Source: Octopus vulgaris (taxonomy: Eukaryota). From it: DNA of 64,000 nucleotides. Where the stretch lies: positions 70,060,001 through 70,124,000 of the forward strand of contig OX597814.1 in the NCBI GenBank assembly GCA_951406725.2, written 5' to 3'. The notes beneath the pieces were generated by a model that saw nothing but the letters and a program-made list of their open reading frames with translations, did no database searches and was not told the DNA's origin. The position numbers and the translations under genes are program-made. Positions 1 to 13,639 of this stretch are shown in pieces; position 1 is the first letter of the stretch; each line of letters starts with the position of its first letter.

Positions 1-88
1 ACACATACTTTGTTATATACACATTCTTAAAAGAAAATGTTATTTTGAATACAACATTTATAAAGAATAAAATATTTTTTGGTTTTTC

Positions 89-560
89 TTAACCCTTTCG
101 TTATTATATTTCTGACCAAATTACACCCCTTATGTGTTTCAATTAATTTCTAACGTAATCATAAATTTAGTCTGGTTTCATTAAACAACTATAACTTTTT
201 TATTTATCAATATATTAATCTGATTTTTGGAAGATAATTTAATGAAATATTCTCAATAATTTTTGTCACAAAGTGACTCTAATTGCAGGTAGATACAGGT
301 AAATTCAACAATATATAAAATTATTAAAATTTTGTTCAAACATTGCTATAGAAAATGGGTTATTAGCTAATATTCAATTGGGTATACAACAAAATTTTAC
401 GATAGAATTTGTTATTCTGGGTAACTTTCTGATACCCATAATAATATTTAGGCAAAATAGGCCTTAATTTAATTTAAGGTTGTGGGAAATAACAAACTAT
501 CCTTTCTTTCGCTTTGTTTACGTTTAGCGTAATGATTTCAAATAGGCTCATTCAAAAAAG
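89..560. mobile_element. Probable piggyBac-type non-autonomous element end
   Basis: TTAA (89-92) immediately followed by CCCTTTCG. The other terminus was not identified and the right boundary is approximate. Confidence 0.4.
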
Positions 561-699
561 TAAAAAGAAATAGTTTAAGGCTTTATACTCTTCTGGGAAA
601 GTCTGTGGCTTGGTGCAGTTTCTTCAGAAAAATCACCGAAAGAAACAGTTTTTAAATTTTCACTCCATTCAGGTACCAATTCATTTTCTTAATTGCTGT

Positions 700-1035
700 C
701 GGATTCACTGCTTTCACTTTAATAGCTGCAAACTTGCAAAGACAAAGGAGGAGAAGGGTGATAGCGTCAGTGAAACAGTCGCTCCCTTTGTGTGTGTGTG
801 CATTTGCGTGTGGTGTATCCCACATTAAGAAAAACATTTGACATATACACCAGAATGTGAGTTTTCTCTAAATTTTGCTTAATTGGGGTTGAAATTTTAA
901 AAACCGGACCTGGCATGACCCGATGAATTCTACTCTTAAAAATGCTAGGTAAATTGTAATTGAAGAAATCCTATATTGTAGATTTCTATAACTTACAAAG
1001 GGAGGCAGATAAAATCTGCCTTTTATAATAAGAGA
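700..1035 (-). mobile_element. Non-autonomous Helitron-like element, 5' portion
   Basis: Reverse-complement copy of 42231-42560. A|TC start with a GGCAGATTTTATCTGCC hairpin. Confidence 0.6.
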
Positions 1036-1039
1036 TATT

Positions 1040-1860
1040 CATCATTCACCTTTATTTAACATTTGCTTTCCATGCTGGCATGGGTTAGACAGTTTGACTG
1101 GAACTTGTAAACCAGAGGGCTGCACCAGGTCCCTGTCTGATTTGGCATGGTTTCCTAACGTCAATCATTCCAAGTGCATAATGGGTGCTTTTTAGATGCC
1201 ACTGGCACAGGTACCATTTACGTGACACAGGCAACAGCCACAACTATGATTTACATGGCACTGGCAACTGCCGCAACTACAATTTCACTTGGCTTGACGA
1301 GTCTTCTCCAGCACAACATAATGTGAAAGATCTTGGTTACTTATCATTGCTGCCATGAGGCTTGAAATTTAAAGATCACGCTACCGGCAATGGTCATGAT
1401 TACGATTTCATGGATGCCATTCATATGACACTGGCAATGGCCACAACTATGATTTCACTTGGCTTGACAAGTCTTCTCAAGCACAGCATATCAACAAAGG
1501 TCTTGGTCACTAGTCATCATTTCCATTAGGCCCAACATTCGAAGAGCATGCTTTACCACCTCATTCCATGTCTTCTAGGGTCTACCTCTTCTACAGTTTC
1601 ATTCTACAGTTGAAGCCCGGCACTTCTTTACACAGCTGTCCTCGTCCATACATTTCACATGACCATGCCAGTGCATTCATCTCTCTTGCATATATCTGAT
1701 GCTGCTTATGCCCAGTTTTTCTCTGGAGATATTTATTCTCTGTCATATGTGCACACTAACATTGCACATTCAGCGAAGCATACTGGTTTCATGGAGCTGG
1801 AGCATCTCCAACAATTATAGGCATCCTACTTCCTCTCACAGGTGTTATAGCCACTCATTG
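1040..1860 (-). mobile_element. RTE-clade LINE 3' fragment (degenerate)
   Basis: Reverse complement resembles 58900-59880 (RT C-terminal region, 3'UTR repeats, catgctggcatggg tail). Confidence 0.8.
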
Positions 1861-2199
1861 AAATGTCCCCAGATGTGTCTGTAAGCATGGAGGATCTCCT
1901 CAGAATCAGTAGTTGCAACCACTCCATCAACCTCACAGGTTGTGTAGTGGGCAGTATGGATGTAGTTTCACTCAACCCATCTATAGACATAGATTTTGTT
2001 ATGGGAAAATGCATTGAGATTATCTGTGAGAGTGCAGTAGAGTTCCACCAAATCAACACAAGAGAAAGGGGCCTCCTCCTTAAACTAAGCTATGACTGTG
2101 ACTACCTAGACAATCATGACTTTAGTAAATTTTGCCCTGCCAAGTCACAGCAGTGAAGAAGAGTGCTGGAGTGGCGAGACCATACCCACCCAGGACCCT

Positions 2200-3500
2200 G
2201 AGAACAACAGTCAGGTGAAAAGAATGATTGTACATGCAATAGGGGCTAGCATAAGAACCACATAGTAAAGTTTAGCAGGAAACTATACATGCAGGTTCAA
2301 GGTGCATCCATTGGTGTCGGTGTGACTGGAGATGTGGCCAACTGCTTCGTGACCTAGTGGGACAGAAAACTTAAACATTCCTTAGTGGAACAATCTGCAA
2401 CTGTTTTGCATTAATGTAGGTATATAGATGACATAAATAATCTAGTTAGGACAAAATCTAGTTACTGTAATATAGAAACTGAGAGGAGCATAATGGGGAG
2501 CATCCAGCACTTAGCTAGCTCCATCCACCAATATATCAAAGTAACTATAGATTACCCTAGGCACCCTAACAATAGATTCCCTGTCCTTGATACTGAACAA
2601 CAGAGTGCAACTCCTCCCCTCCTATTACATGAAACCCATAGCTTCTAAATATGTTGTTCACAAGAACTCAGCTCTGCCACACAACATAAAAATCAACATA
2701 CTGATAGCAAACTTAGGATAATGAACAACATGTCCCCACTATGAAACAAAGAAACATGTACAGAACTTCATGCACCGCATGCAATTCTCTGGTTATGACC
2801 AGAAAGATAGGGTTCAGGTATAAAGGGGAGCTAGAAAGAAGTTACACAGCATTATATGCAATGAAACCAGCAGAACCTGCCCTAGATATAGAAGTAAGGA
2901 CTGGAATAGGATACAAAGAGTTTGTGACAAAGCAAACAGAGTGAACATGTGGTATTAGACAAAGAGATATCAAGGAGTGATGTTTATAGAGGCCACAGCC
3001 CATGGAAAACTAGCCCAAAGATTTAGGAAAGCTCTGAAGGAGGCCAAACTCAACATTAAGACCATTGAAAAGCCAGGGAGCTCCATCATCACAACTATGT
3101 AGGATGTCTCCCCTTGAGAATGACACGTGCACCAATGATAACTGTGTGGTATGTAAGATCAACCCTGGCATTAACTGTAGAACTAGAAATGTAATGTACA
3201 GCATAAGGTGCATAGAAGGTGCTTCATCATCATCATCATCGTAAAGACAAAAACATGATATACATAGATGAGACATCTAGAAGCATTGAGGAGAGAATAA
3301 ATGGACATTTGAGACAATATGACGACAAAAAACAGTTCTCCATACCAACATGCCAAAGCCAAACATGGGAGCACACTGAGTCAACTTGACATCCATATTT
3401 TATCCAAGTACCCAAAGGACCCAACACACAGACAAATACAGGAGTATGTCCTCATAAATGAAACATCCCCAGTACTAAATAGGAAATATACATAGAAGGT
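2200..3500 (+). pseudogene. Degenerate Penelope-like element (RT + GIY-YIG)
   Basis: Motifs QVQGASIGVGVTGDVANCF..WD, YIDD, Cys linker CTNDNCVVC..C, NVMYSIRC..YIDETSRS. Many stops and frameshifts. Confidence 0.75.
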
Positions 3501-3575
3501 AGTCATATCCCAATTCCCACAGTTTATATATACACAAATAAGGTTGTTAGGCTGTTATGTAGACGTGTGTATATA

Positions 3576-3610
<35 letters not shown>

Positions 3611-4254
3611 CCTGGACGAGACATTAATATTTATAAAACCATATTAAGGGCAAAAAGCTAGTCTTACAACAGGCTAACCCACATGCTAAAAGAAGACGCC
3701 AAATGGCGCAAAACTACCTCATGTAAATACGCACCAAAAACAAGGAAATATAAGAAAAGATTCATGAGTAGGTTCAGTTACAGATCAGTTGATTTCAGAA
3801 TGATGGAGAAAATCCGTTTTTCCTCATCAGCTTAGCACAAGCATATACATATAAACATAACTACATACCTAGGAACATGATACTTCCGCAATGCATGTAC
3901 AACTGTCCACACCTATACACAAATCATCAAAAATCTAGTTCATTTATCTCAGCATGTATTAATAACCAGATAATTCAGCAGTGAATGATTTTTAGTTAAG
4001 ATATATATATTAATTAAAATTAAGGATAAAATCTATATTTGATTTTATCAGCTAGTCACCATGTAATAACCAATTAAAATAAAAAAAAGTAATAGAATAT
4101 ATCATTTTATAAGTATATTTATAAAACGATATCAAGGGCAAAAAACGAATCTTACAACAAGCTAAGCCACATGCTAAAAGAAGATGCGAAGTATGCTTCA
4201 ACACATGAATTCACATAAAGAATCTTGCAAACCAAATACAAAAATGAAATATAT

Positions 4255-4660
4255 ATATGTATGTGTGTATGTGTGTGTGTGTGTGTGTGTGTATACATCC
4301 CCCTCCCCACACATTCCACTCCCACATACCCCACCCCATCCTCACATACTCACTACAATCCACACCCCACCCTCACATTTCCCATGCCCCAACACCACCA
4401 CATGCCACATTGCACCACACCACACACCACCACATCACACACCACACATCACATCACACCACAACACAACACAACACACCACACATCACACCACCACACT
4501 ACATTGCACCACCCTGCACACACAAGCATTGTCTACTTCCCAGCACCCACTCCACACCATACACCACCCACACGCCTACACATGCACAAACCCACATGTC
4601 AAGGTCACTGTCACCTATCCAGCACACACATGCTCTCACATACACCCACACGTGCACCTT
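4255..4660. repeat. GT/CA-rich low-complexity region ((CACAC)-like)
   Basis: Seen directly. The His/Thr/Pro-rich ORFs here are compositional. Confidence 0.9.
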
Positions 4661-5173
4661 CGTTTTGGAATCACCACTACTTTATTATCTCCCCTTTTTC
4701 ATAGTTCTCCTGTCTGACCATCGCCATGATTGACTGCTAGCTACTAAAGCTTTCTTTTTTTATTCTCTCTCTGTTTATTTTCTCATGTTCCTTTCTGTTG
4801 TAGAGCGCCGGCTCAAAACGTAAAAGACTTTCACACCTTTCCAAGCATTAAACTAATACACCTGTTTGTTGTTTACACACCTGTCTTCGTCTTTTGTTTT
4901 TTGTAAATTCCAACTATATATATATAGTTTTCACAAAAATGTTAAATACAAGTTAGCTAAGAAATTTGAATGTTATTTTAGGGGTTTGGAATTAAAATTA
5001 AGAAAAAAATAACATAAAATGAAGATTCTTCTCTAGTTTTTCACTGAAGACTCATGCATGTTCACAAAAGAAAAGCTTTCTATTTCAATGGTTTTACAGT
5101 GAAATGCTAAAATACGAGTTGACAAAGAAAATCAAAGGTTGTTTTGGAAAGTTCTACATACAATTTGCATATA

Positions 5174-5411
5174 GAGGCGCAATGGCCTAGTGGTTAGGGC
5201 AGCGGACTCGCGGTCGCAGGATCGCGGTTTCGATTCTCAGACCGGGCGTTGTGTGTGTTTATTGAGCGAAAAACACCTAAAAAGCTCTACGAGGCTCCGG
5301 CAGGGGGTGGTGATCCCTGCTGTACTCTTTCACCACAATGGCGGTGCCCCAGCATGGCCACAGCTCAAGAGCTGAAACTGGAAAAACAAAAACAAAACAA
5401 AACAAAACAAA
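5174..5411 (+). mobile_element. tRNA-derived SINE
   Basis: A box TGGCCTAGTGG, B-box-like GGTTTCGATTC, 3' cagcatggccacagctc..gctgaaac and an (AAAAC)n tail. Confidence 0.8.
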
Positions 5412-6051
5412 TATCTAAATAAATGATCATGAAAAAGATAGTAAACAAAGTGAAATACTTTTAGAAAATATTGCATAGAATTTGAGTGTTTTTAGCATCT
5501 TTCAAAGATGGCAGGTGAATCATATATACTGTAGTTCATTGTAGGATTTAAATAATATGACCACTTATCAGGAAATTTATAAGTTCGAATTTTCTATTTC
5601 AAGTATTATAGGTATTTATACTCCAGTGAAATTAAGAAATTGACTTGTAAATAAACGAAACCATCAAATCCATCACTACACACACACTCAATCACATATC
5701 TATGTATGTATGAAGATAATCAAACCAAATTTTCAATGAGTGTTTCTGCCAAATTTAGTGAAAATCCGCTCAGCTGTTTTCCAGTAATTTTGCAAAAACA
5801 CAAAGACAAATGATTACAATACCCTGCTTTCACTTATGTGCACAGTATAATGTTAAATTGTTTTTATATATAACTTGGCATAAAGACAAACATTAACACA
5901 TACACACACACAAAAAGGAAGAAAGCACTTGGAATTTCAGTTCCTCTTCAACAATTTCTATTATATTTTGTGAGTGGATAATATAGATAATTAGTAAGCA
6001 GTAAAGAAAAATATCTGTTGATTTTTCCAATTTATTTTTTTTTTATTTCAG

Positions 6052-6114
6052 AATACTGTCCAGGAGATGTTAGATTGTGCCAAAACACAGTGCTCTACAG
6101 TTCTTCATAATGAG
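6052..6114 (+). CDS. CARMIL: Internal coding exon of a CARMIL/LRRC16-like gene (NTVQEMLDCAKTQCSTVLHNE)
   Basis: Polypyrimidine tract + ttcAG acceptor and GAG|GTAAGT donor. 63 nt, phase 0-0. Joins in frame with the exons at 41945 and 63471. Confidence 0.82.
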
Positions 6115-6129
6115 GTAAGTGATAGTTTA

Positions 6130-7836
6130 ACTGCTATTTTTGACTGGTGTTTCTGACGGCCAGGGAAATTACTATTTTTTGTGTCTCACTTAATTGTGAG
6201 AAACCAAAATCGAAATTTTGTATTGCAATGGAACACTGCAGATTACCTGAGTAGCAGAATTGTGTTGCCATTTGAACTGTCTTCCTTCGTTCTGTTTCTC
6301 TCCTCTGTCTTTCCATTCTTTTTTGTGTTTATTATTGACTTTGATTTGAATTTTTGAACTTTTGTGTTGAACATTTTACATTTTATTTATTTTTCGTCAA
6401 TATGGAAGCAAAAAATACTGTTTTGGAGTGGCAAATAGTGGTCCCCAAACAGTGGTTGCAAAATATTTCTGAGAGAACAGTGGTGTTAAAAATCTATTCT
6501 AAGGTTCTTGAAACCATCACTGTGTTCTCACAGACAGACATTGGCAGACATCACAAAAAGAATTGGCAGAGTTTATCCAAAGGGGGTGTTAAATACGTGA
6601 CAGTGTGTGTGTTGTTTGACACCCCTGCGGAGGCTCAGGATTTCACAAGCAGACCCTTAGAAGGGGAGAAAATTTTGTTTCTTCCCACTTATGAAGGGAG
6701 GAGATTGACAAGAGCTTGGATGTGTGGGTTGCCACTCGGTATAGAGCCCGAATGGATAGAAGACACTATCAGTCGGGGTCTGAGTGACAGCACTGCCAAG
6801 CAGCTGAATGTCAGAATTCTCCCTGCAGCTGAGTGGGTGGGGTCAAAAGCAATTTTGACCCTATGGACCCAATCAGCCGATGATCTGGTTTTGCCAGATT
6901 TTTTAACAATGGCTGGTTCCAGGTACCCGGTGATCCTTGAGGGACGCCGCCCCCCCCCCCTCCAAGTGTCACCTGTGCCTGGAATTGGGCCACATAAAGA
7001 AAAACTGTTGCCGGGACCAAGCAAAGGTCCTGGAGCAGTTAATAGAGGAAGAGCCCCCTGCTCCCCCTTTGGAGGGAGAGAGGGAGGAAGTCAAGGGGGT
7101 TGCCACCCCCTCGAAAAAGAATGAAGGTGGGCAACAATGGTTGCCCAGCTATGGATCCTGAGGCAGCAGGAGGGAAGGAAGGGCTTCCGGACATAAAGGA
7201 GGAACTCCACCCTCCCATCGTATAGAAGAGAAAAAGGAGAAAGAAAAAGAATGGGACATTGCCGGCAGTTGATGGTGAACTGTCGGCATGCCCAGAAACT
7301 TTGTTGGTGGGAAGTGTGCCTCTGACAGAGAAACTGAGACCCCTTCCAGGAGATATGATTTTGTCATCTTCTTACAGAGCTACATAGAGAAGTTGGATGA
7401 CTGGAGGGAGGAGCCCATGCCCTGGACAGAGGACAAGGATTGGCCTTTGCAGGTGACTATGAAGGTCATATCGGATATCGATATGGTTAGAGCGATGGAC
7501 ACCTTCTCAAAAGACATGTGTAGATATGCCTTCTGAGGCCCTGACCTGGAGCTGGAACATTGCCTAAGGGAAGCGTATAGCCTGATCGGGGAGGAAGGAA
7601 CTTAATTACCTCAACTATGTGTTTTAAATTGTAAAAACTGTTGTAAGAGGTTTAATACTTCATTTTGTATTTTTTCTGAAGAACAATGTTTTAGAGAAGC
7701 AAAAATTGGCTGGCACTTTTTGTCTTCTCCCATCCTTATCATCTTCATTTCATTATCATTCACTTCATTAATGTTCCTGTCCAGCCTGCAAAGCTACAGT
7801 CTATGTACTGCCTATAGCAAATATAATGAAATAAAG
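6130..7836 (+). mobile_element. L1/Tx1-like ORF1-only element
   Basis: ATG at 6402 opens an ORF1-like frame. A frameshift at the C run 6950-6960 leads to the CCHC knuckle CHLCLELGHIKKNC. Ends with AATAAA near 7830. No ORF2 seen. Confidence 0.65.
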
Positions 7837-7837
7837 T

Positions 7838-8205
7838 AACTTGCTTACCAACCACTTGTTTCTGGGTTCAGTCCCTCTGCATGGCACCTTGGGCAAGTGT
7901 CTTCTACTATAGTCTTGGGCTGACCAAAGTTTTGTGAGTGGATTTGCTAGAGGGAAACTGAAAGAAAACCGTCATATATATATATACATATATTTATGTA
8001 TGTTTGTGTATCTGTGTTTGTCCAACCAGCATCACTTGATAACTGATTTTGATGCATTTATGTCCACATAACTTAGTGGTTGGTAAAAGAGACTGATAGA
8101 ATAAGTACTAGGCTTACAAAGAATAAGTCCTGGGGTCAATTTGTTCAACTAAAGGCAGTACTTCAGCATGGCCACAGTCAAATGACTGAAACAAATAAAT
8201 GAATA
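7838..8205 (+). mobile_element. SINE (abundant family; related copies at 15787-16135 -, 20050-20345 +, 40567-40965 +)
   Basis: Shared segments ggcaccttgggcaagtgtcttctactatag, gatagaataagtac and cagcatggccacagtcaaatgactgaaac. Confidence 0.85.
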
Positions 8206-9182
8206 AAAAGTATAATTATCTGCTGTAAGTAGTTGGTAGTGTGAATAAATGAGTGTTTGTTTGTTTACACAACTGTATTCGAATCTTACCGTGGGGATAA
8301 CATGGAGAGAGTTAAGCCTCTCTCATATTAACTCAAACACAATGACCACCATCATTGATAGAGATGAATCAGACTGTGTTAATTGGTATGTGTTAGGCCA
8401 TAATTATAGTTCTAGGGATTTGGAATCAAGAAGGGTTAGGGAAATAAGGTCTAACCAGATATAGTTTAGTTGGTGTGCACCCACCCAAGAAGTGTGCGCA
8501 CAGATAAATACACACACGCACATGTATGTATATGCAAATAACTACAACAAGCAGAAAACGTATGCTATTCAATGGTTTATAGGACATGCACATGTTTCTA
8601 ATTATACGGCAGTTGTATGAAACATTGTGCAGTCCTGCACATTATTTCATCAGTATCTTGCATGTATGTCCTATAAAGCATTGAATACCATATATGTTTT
8701 CTACTAAATTGTTATTATTATTTCTATTATTTGGCTCATATTCCACACACTAGCCTATCCTAAAGTGGATGCCACAAATTGTACTACACTGGATACTGCA
8801 GTGGAGTGTGGAACCCACTTTGGAATCTAATTTTTGGTTGAGTGTTGCACTCTAAAAGTGATTCTTTGCTTCAAGTGTGTGCATGTAAATATATGTATAT
8901 ATGCATGTATGTATATACACATATGCATACATATTGTTATCATTTATTTTCTACTTGTTTCAGTGATTCAACTCCACTTTGAAAGGTGTTTAAATAAATG
9001 AATCAACCCCAATACTTTTTTTAGCCTGGTTCCTATTGTGTTTGTCTCTCTTTACCAAGCTGCTAAGTTACAAGGACATAAACAAACAAACACCAGTTGT
9101 CAGGTTGTGAGGGACAAACACAAAGACACACAGATGTGGTTGGGAAGCAAACCTCTTACCACACAGCTATTCCTGCACCTCA

Positions 9183-9221
<39 letters not shown>

Positions 9222-9505
9222 CAAGAAGAAAATGGATGTAAATAACAAGGAGAAACTCATCGTTTTCACTTGTATGCCTTTAATTTAATTAATTAACAAA
9301 GAAGAAGGTAGCATTTACGATTGTTTTCATTTACTAGTTTTAGTAAATGTCTTCAGAATGCAAATAAGTTGATACCTCGGTAATTGTAATAAAGTTAAAA
9401 TTTGTTAGTCTTACATTATATTATGTTCTTAAGGGGAGTGAATTTCATTGTAGTAGATTGATTAGTTTGTGATTCTGTTGGGTAATTAAAGCAGAGTGTA
9501 TATTA

Positions 9506-10000
9506 TTGGGTTGTCCAGAAAGTTCGTGCCAATTTTTAAAGGAAAGAAAAAGGTCAATAAATACTTGCCATTACATTTTTAATCAACCAAATATGAACCA
9601 GTTTGTTGCACAATGTGTCTCCATCTTTCCTGTAACTTGAAAATACCCTCTTCTTATAATTGACGTGGTTTCATGGCAAAGAATTCATTAAGGTATCTTT
9701 TTACGTCATCCAGGGAATTGAAATTTTTACCATTAAGACTATTCTGCATAGACCTGAATAAGTGGAAATCTGAAGGAGCAATATCTGATGAATATGGAGG
9801 GCGGGGTAACACATCCCAGCCAAGCTGCAGCAATTTTTGTCTGGTTCCCAAAGAAACGTGCAGTCTTGCATTATCATGTTGGAAACCAACACCCTTCCTG
9901 TTGGCCAATTCTAGATGTTTCTCTTGAATTGCTGCTTTTAATTCGTGTAATTTTGTGCAGTATTTCTCAAAATTAATTGTCTGGTTACTTGGGAAAAGTA
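9506..10000 (-). mobile_element. Mariner transposon 3' fragment
   Basis: HDNARLH and [15 protein letters not shown] motifs. TA plus TIR-like ttgggttgtccagaaagttcg at 9504-9530. Confidence 0.85.
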
Positions 10001-10154
10001 ACATATATATATATATACATGCATGTATGTATGTATTTATGTATGTATGTATGTATATATGTGTGTGTGTGTATGTGTATATATATATATATGTATGTAT
10101 GTATATATATATATGTATGTGTATGTATATATATGTATGTATATATATATATTT

Positions 10155-12490
10155 TCAGTTGAAAAGACTCTTCTCTCAGACCACAACATGGTTCTCTGCA
10201 ATTTTAATTCCCAACATATAAAAACCAAACCAGCCAATCCCACTCCATGGCACTCATTTGACAACATAAACTTCGACAAAGCGGACTGGTGAGCAATCAG
10301 AAAGGATCTGTCTTTCATCGACTGGTCTTTTACTCTCAATTCCACCCAAATTGAGACCGCATGGCAGCACTTTGAGAACACCTATACATGCTCTAAAAAC
10401 GCTCCTACGAAATCTAACACAAACAGAAACCAGCTCCCTAAAAAGAAAAAAACACTCATCAGGCGCATCAAAAGACTCAATAAAAAAATCAACCAATTAA
10501 AATATTCCCACATACAACATCCACATTCAACAACAATGAAAAGGCTAGAGTTGGAAAAACTTCATCTGCAGACCGACATGAAAACCTCCATCGAAAATCA
10601 AAGAGCTGTGGAGGAACAGTGGGTAATCAAAAACATCAAACAGAACCCAAAAGTGTTCTATTCTTATGCAAATAAGCGTAGAACCACTGTCTCACCCATT
10701 AGGCCATTGATCGATGATAACGGCATTCCTCAACATGATGCTAAAGAAATGGCAGAAATACTGCAGAAACAATACTGCTCTGTCTTTAGTGTTCCCACTG
10801 ATATTGACGTCAGAGAAGCGAACGAAGTTGATTCCCAACATAAAATCTCAGATATAACCTTCACTGCCTCTGACATCATAGCAGCAATAAATGAGGTCAA
10901 ATACTATTCTGCTGTAGGCCCTGATAGATTCCCCGCTAGTCTCCTGAAGGAATGTAGACACCAACTTGCAGTCCCTCTGACCAACCATTGGAGAAATTCG
11001 TTAGACTCAGGTTATATACTGAAACAGCTTCTATCCCTGTCTGTCATCCCGGTTTTCAAACAGGGAAACATATCCCTCGCAGTCAACTATCGCCCAATCT
11101 CACTCACCTCCCACATCATTAAAGTGTTTGAAAGAGGGTTAAGATCAAGGATAGCTGACTTCCTGGAGACCCACAAACTCCTAAATGCAAATTAGCATGG
11201 CTTTCGCTGTGACAGGGACTGTCTAACACAGCTCTTATACCACATTGAAGATATACTCAAAGCCTTGGGAACAGGTTCGAACTCTGATGTCATATATCTT
11301 GACTTCAGTAAAGCGTTCGACAGGGTTGACCATAATATCCTACTCTCAAAATTGGCAAATGTTGGAATCCGTGGAAAACTTCTACACTGGATTAAGCATT
11401 TCCTGGCGAATAGAACACAACATGTTGTAGTTGATGGAGTCCACTCAAGCCCAGCAAAAGTCACCAACGGTGTCCCCCAGGGGACTGTCTTGGGCCTGCT
11501 ACTCTTTATAATTTACATAAACAACCTTTCCAGTGTCGTACATTACTGCAAAGTGAAAATATTTGCTGATGACACTAAGCTCCAGCAAATCATCAATGAA
11601 GAAGCAGACCAAACTCAACTCTAGTCTGATATATATATGCTGTGAGTCAATGGGCAGACAGAAACAAAATGCGACTGAATGAGGAAAAATTTGAGCTGAT
11701 GCATTTTGGAAGAAATTCCTCACTAAAACAGCCATACTCTCTTCCTTCAGGGGAACCGCTCACAGCCTCTAACAATATCAGAGACCTGGGTGTAATTGTT
11801 GATGAAGATCTCTGTTGGAGTGCACACATCAACAATAAGGTCGATATAGCTCGTAGGATGAGTTCCTGGATCTTAAGAACTTTCCGGTCCAGAGAACAAG
11901 GTGCCATCATACCACTTTTCTCCTCCTTTGTATGGCCACACCTCGAATACTGCTGCCCACTGTGGTCTCCTCATACAAGACAAAACATCTCGAGAATTGA
12001 ATTACCCCAGAGGGCACTCACTAAATGAATTGAAGGCATGGCTGCTCTCGATTATTGGGACCACCTTATAGCCTTGAAACTCTACTCTCTCCAGCGTCGC
12101 TGTGAGCGGTACATCATTTGTACGATGTGGAGAATATACCGTCAACTTTGCCCAAACGACCTGAACATTAGCTTCAAGGTTCATCCAAGACTGGGACCAC
12201 GGGCCATACGTCCCCTGCCCAATTCAAGATCACAGCATACATGTACACTGCAACATAATTTCTTTTCCTCAACAGGCCCTGTCCTATTTAACATTGTCCC
12301 GAAAGAGATCAAAGAGGAAAAGGATCCCATCAACTTTAAACGGAGTCTGGATAGATTCCTTCAAGGAATACCAGATAAGCCACCCATAATTGGATACAAC
12401 TCACCCAACAAAAACTCACTACTTGAATGGACCATAAACAAAACTTGACTTAAACAGGATTCAAATAATATATCTAAGTTTATCTAAGTT
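10155..12490 (+). mobile_element. CR1/L2-group LINE, 5'-truncated, ORF2 broken by stops and frameshifts
   Basis: NYRPISLTS, YLDFSKAFDRVDH, GVPQGTVLG, FADDTK. 3' tail (TATCTAAGTT)x2. TA-rich microsatellite on both sides. Confidence 0.9.
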
Positions 12491-12549
12491 TATATATATA
12501 TATATATGTATGTATGTATGCATGTGTATATATATATATATATATGTTG

Positions 12550-13320
12550 CTAATGTTAACCTAACATATCTATTATGTTTGAAAATACTAATAAAGTAGC
12601 TACATGTTACATTACATTTAAATTCTTCTTTATATTCCTCTACCATAAACATAATGAATATCTAAAATATTTCAATGTAAGTTCACATCATCACCTTAAA
12701 TCTATTTTTAATACTGTAATTAAAGGTATATAAATTAGAATCTGAGATCTATCAGCATCATAGGAAATACTTAATAGCCTATTACCCACAAGCAGTAATA
12801 GTGCTAGTGGCGTCTCACAAAAAATTACATTCTTATCTATCACTAGGCTTAAGAAATACCCCAATAATAAGAATACAACATCCTCTACATCAGACAGAGA
12901 TTCTCAATTCCCCATTAGGAACCATAAAGAGTGTAGAATGTAGCATATTCTGCCATCTCCCACACATCCATATAATACTCATGCTAAACAATCCTTTAAA
13001 TAAAATAGAATCTCCAATACAAATTCCAACTAGAAAAAACGAAAATGATTATATACCCCAAAATTACATCATAAAAGTGGAGGGAGAACAATACTTTTAT
13101 GTCTCACACACACACACACCTACCTTCTCTCTAAATGTTGAGAGCTTGGCTACGCTCTTTTTCGACATCATAGATTCCAGTTTTGTCTGCCACCATAAGT
13201 ACCATTCTATCTTGAATAGATCTACCCCCAAATTATCCTACTTCTCATTACCTAATATTGAATCCAACATAGTCTCACCAAACAAGCACAAACTTAATAG
13301 GTGTTACCAAAATAACAATT
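12550..13320 (+). pseudogene. Highly degenerate Penelope-like relic
   Basis: YHKHNEYLKYFNVSS and TPTFSLNV..FFDIIDSSF..HKYHSILNRSTPKLSY align by eye to the 33636 ORF (YRKPNDRLSYINVGS; TPPYS..FLALIDRHF..HAYRKLFNRHNLKISF). Confidence 0.6.
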
Positions 13321-13639
13321 CTAAGGAGAATAGTAAATAAATATATGATAAATATAACGTTATTGATTATAACAGTAGGAATAATAATAATACTAATATT
13401 AACCCTAATAGCAGAAATGACAGCAATAACTTTAATACTACTATTAACAATAAATACATTGAGCATATTTCTATTACTTTGGCTAACAGCCATTCTAATG
13501 ATGGGGATAATTACTTTCATAATACGACTAGAGGTACCAATAACAATATCGATAAGCACAATGGCTATGCTAGTAGTAGTAGTAACAGTAGCAGAGCAGC
13601 AATAATAACTGATACTAAGAGAGCATGTCAGACAGATGA

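Noticed and set aside
4790-4830. Hammerhead-like ttgtaGAGCgccgGCTCaaaacgta about 90 nt before a TA run
   Set aside because: Both core halves deviate in this copy. It may be a relic, but cannot be supported without a consensus.
5174-5250. tRNA gene
   Set aside because: Only A/B boxes are present. It continues into a SINE body and tail, with no convincing cloverleaf.
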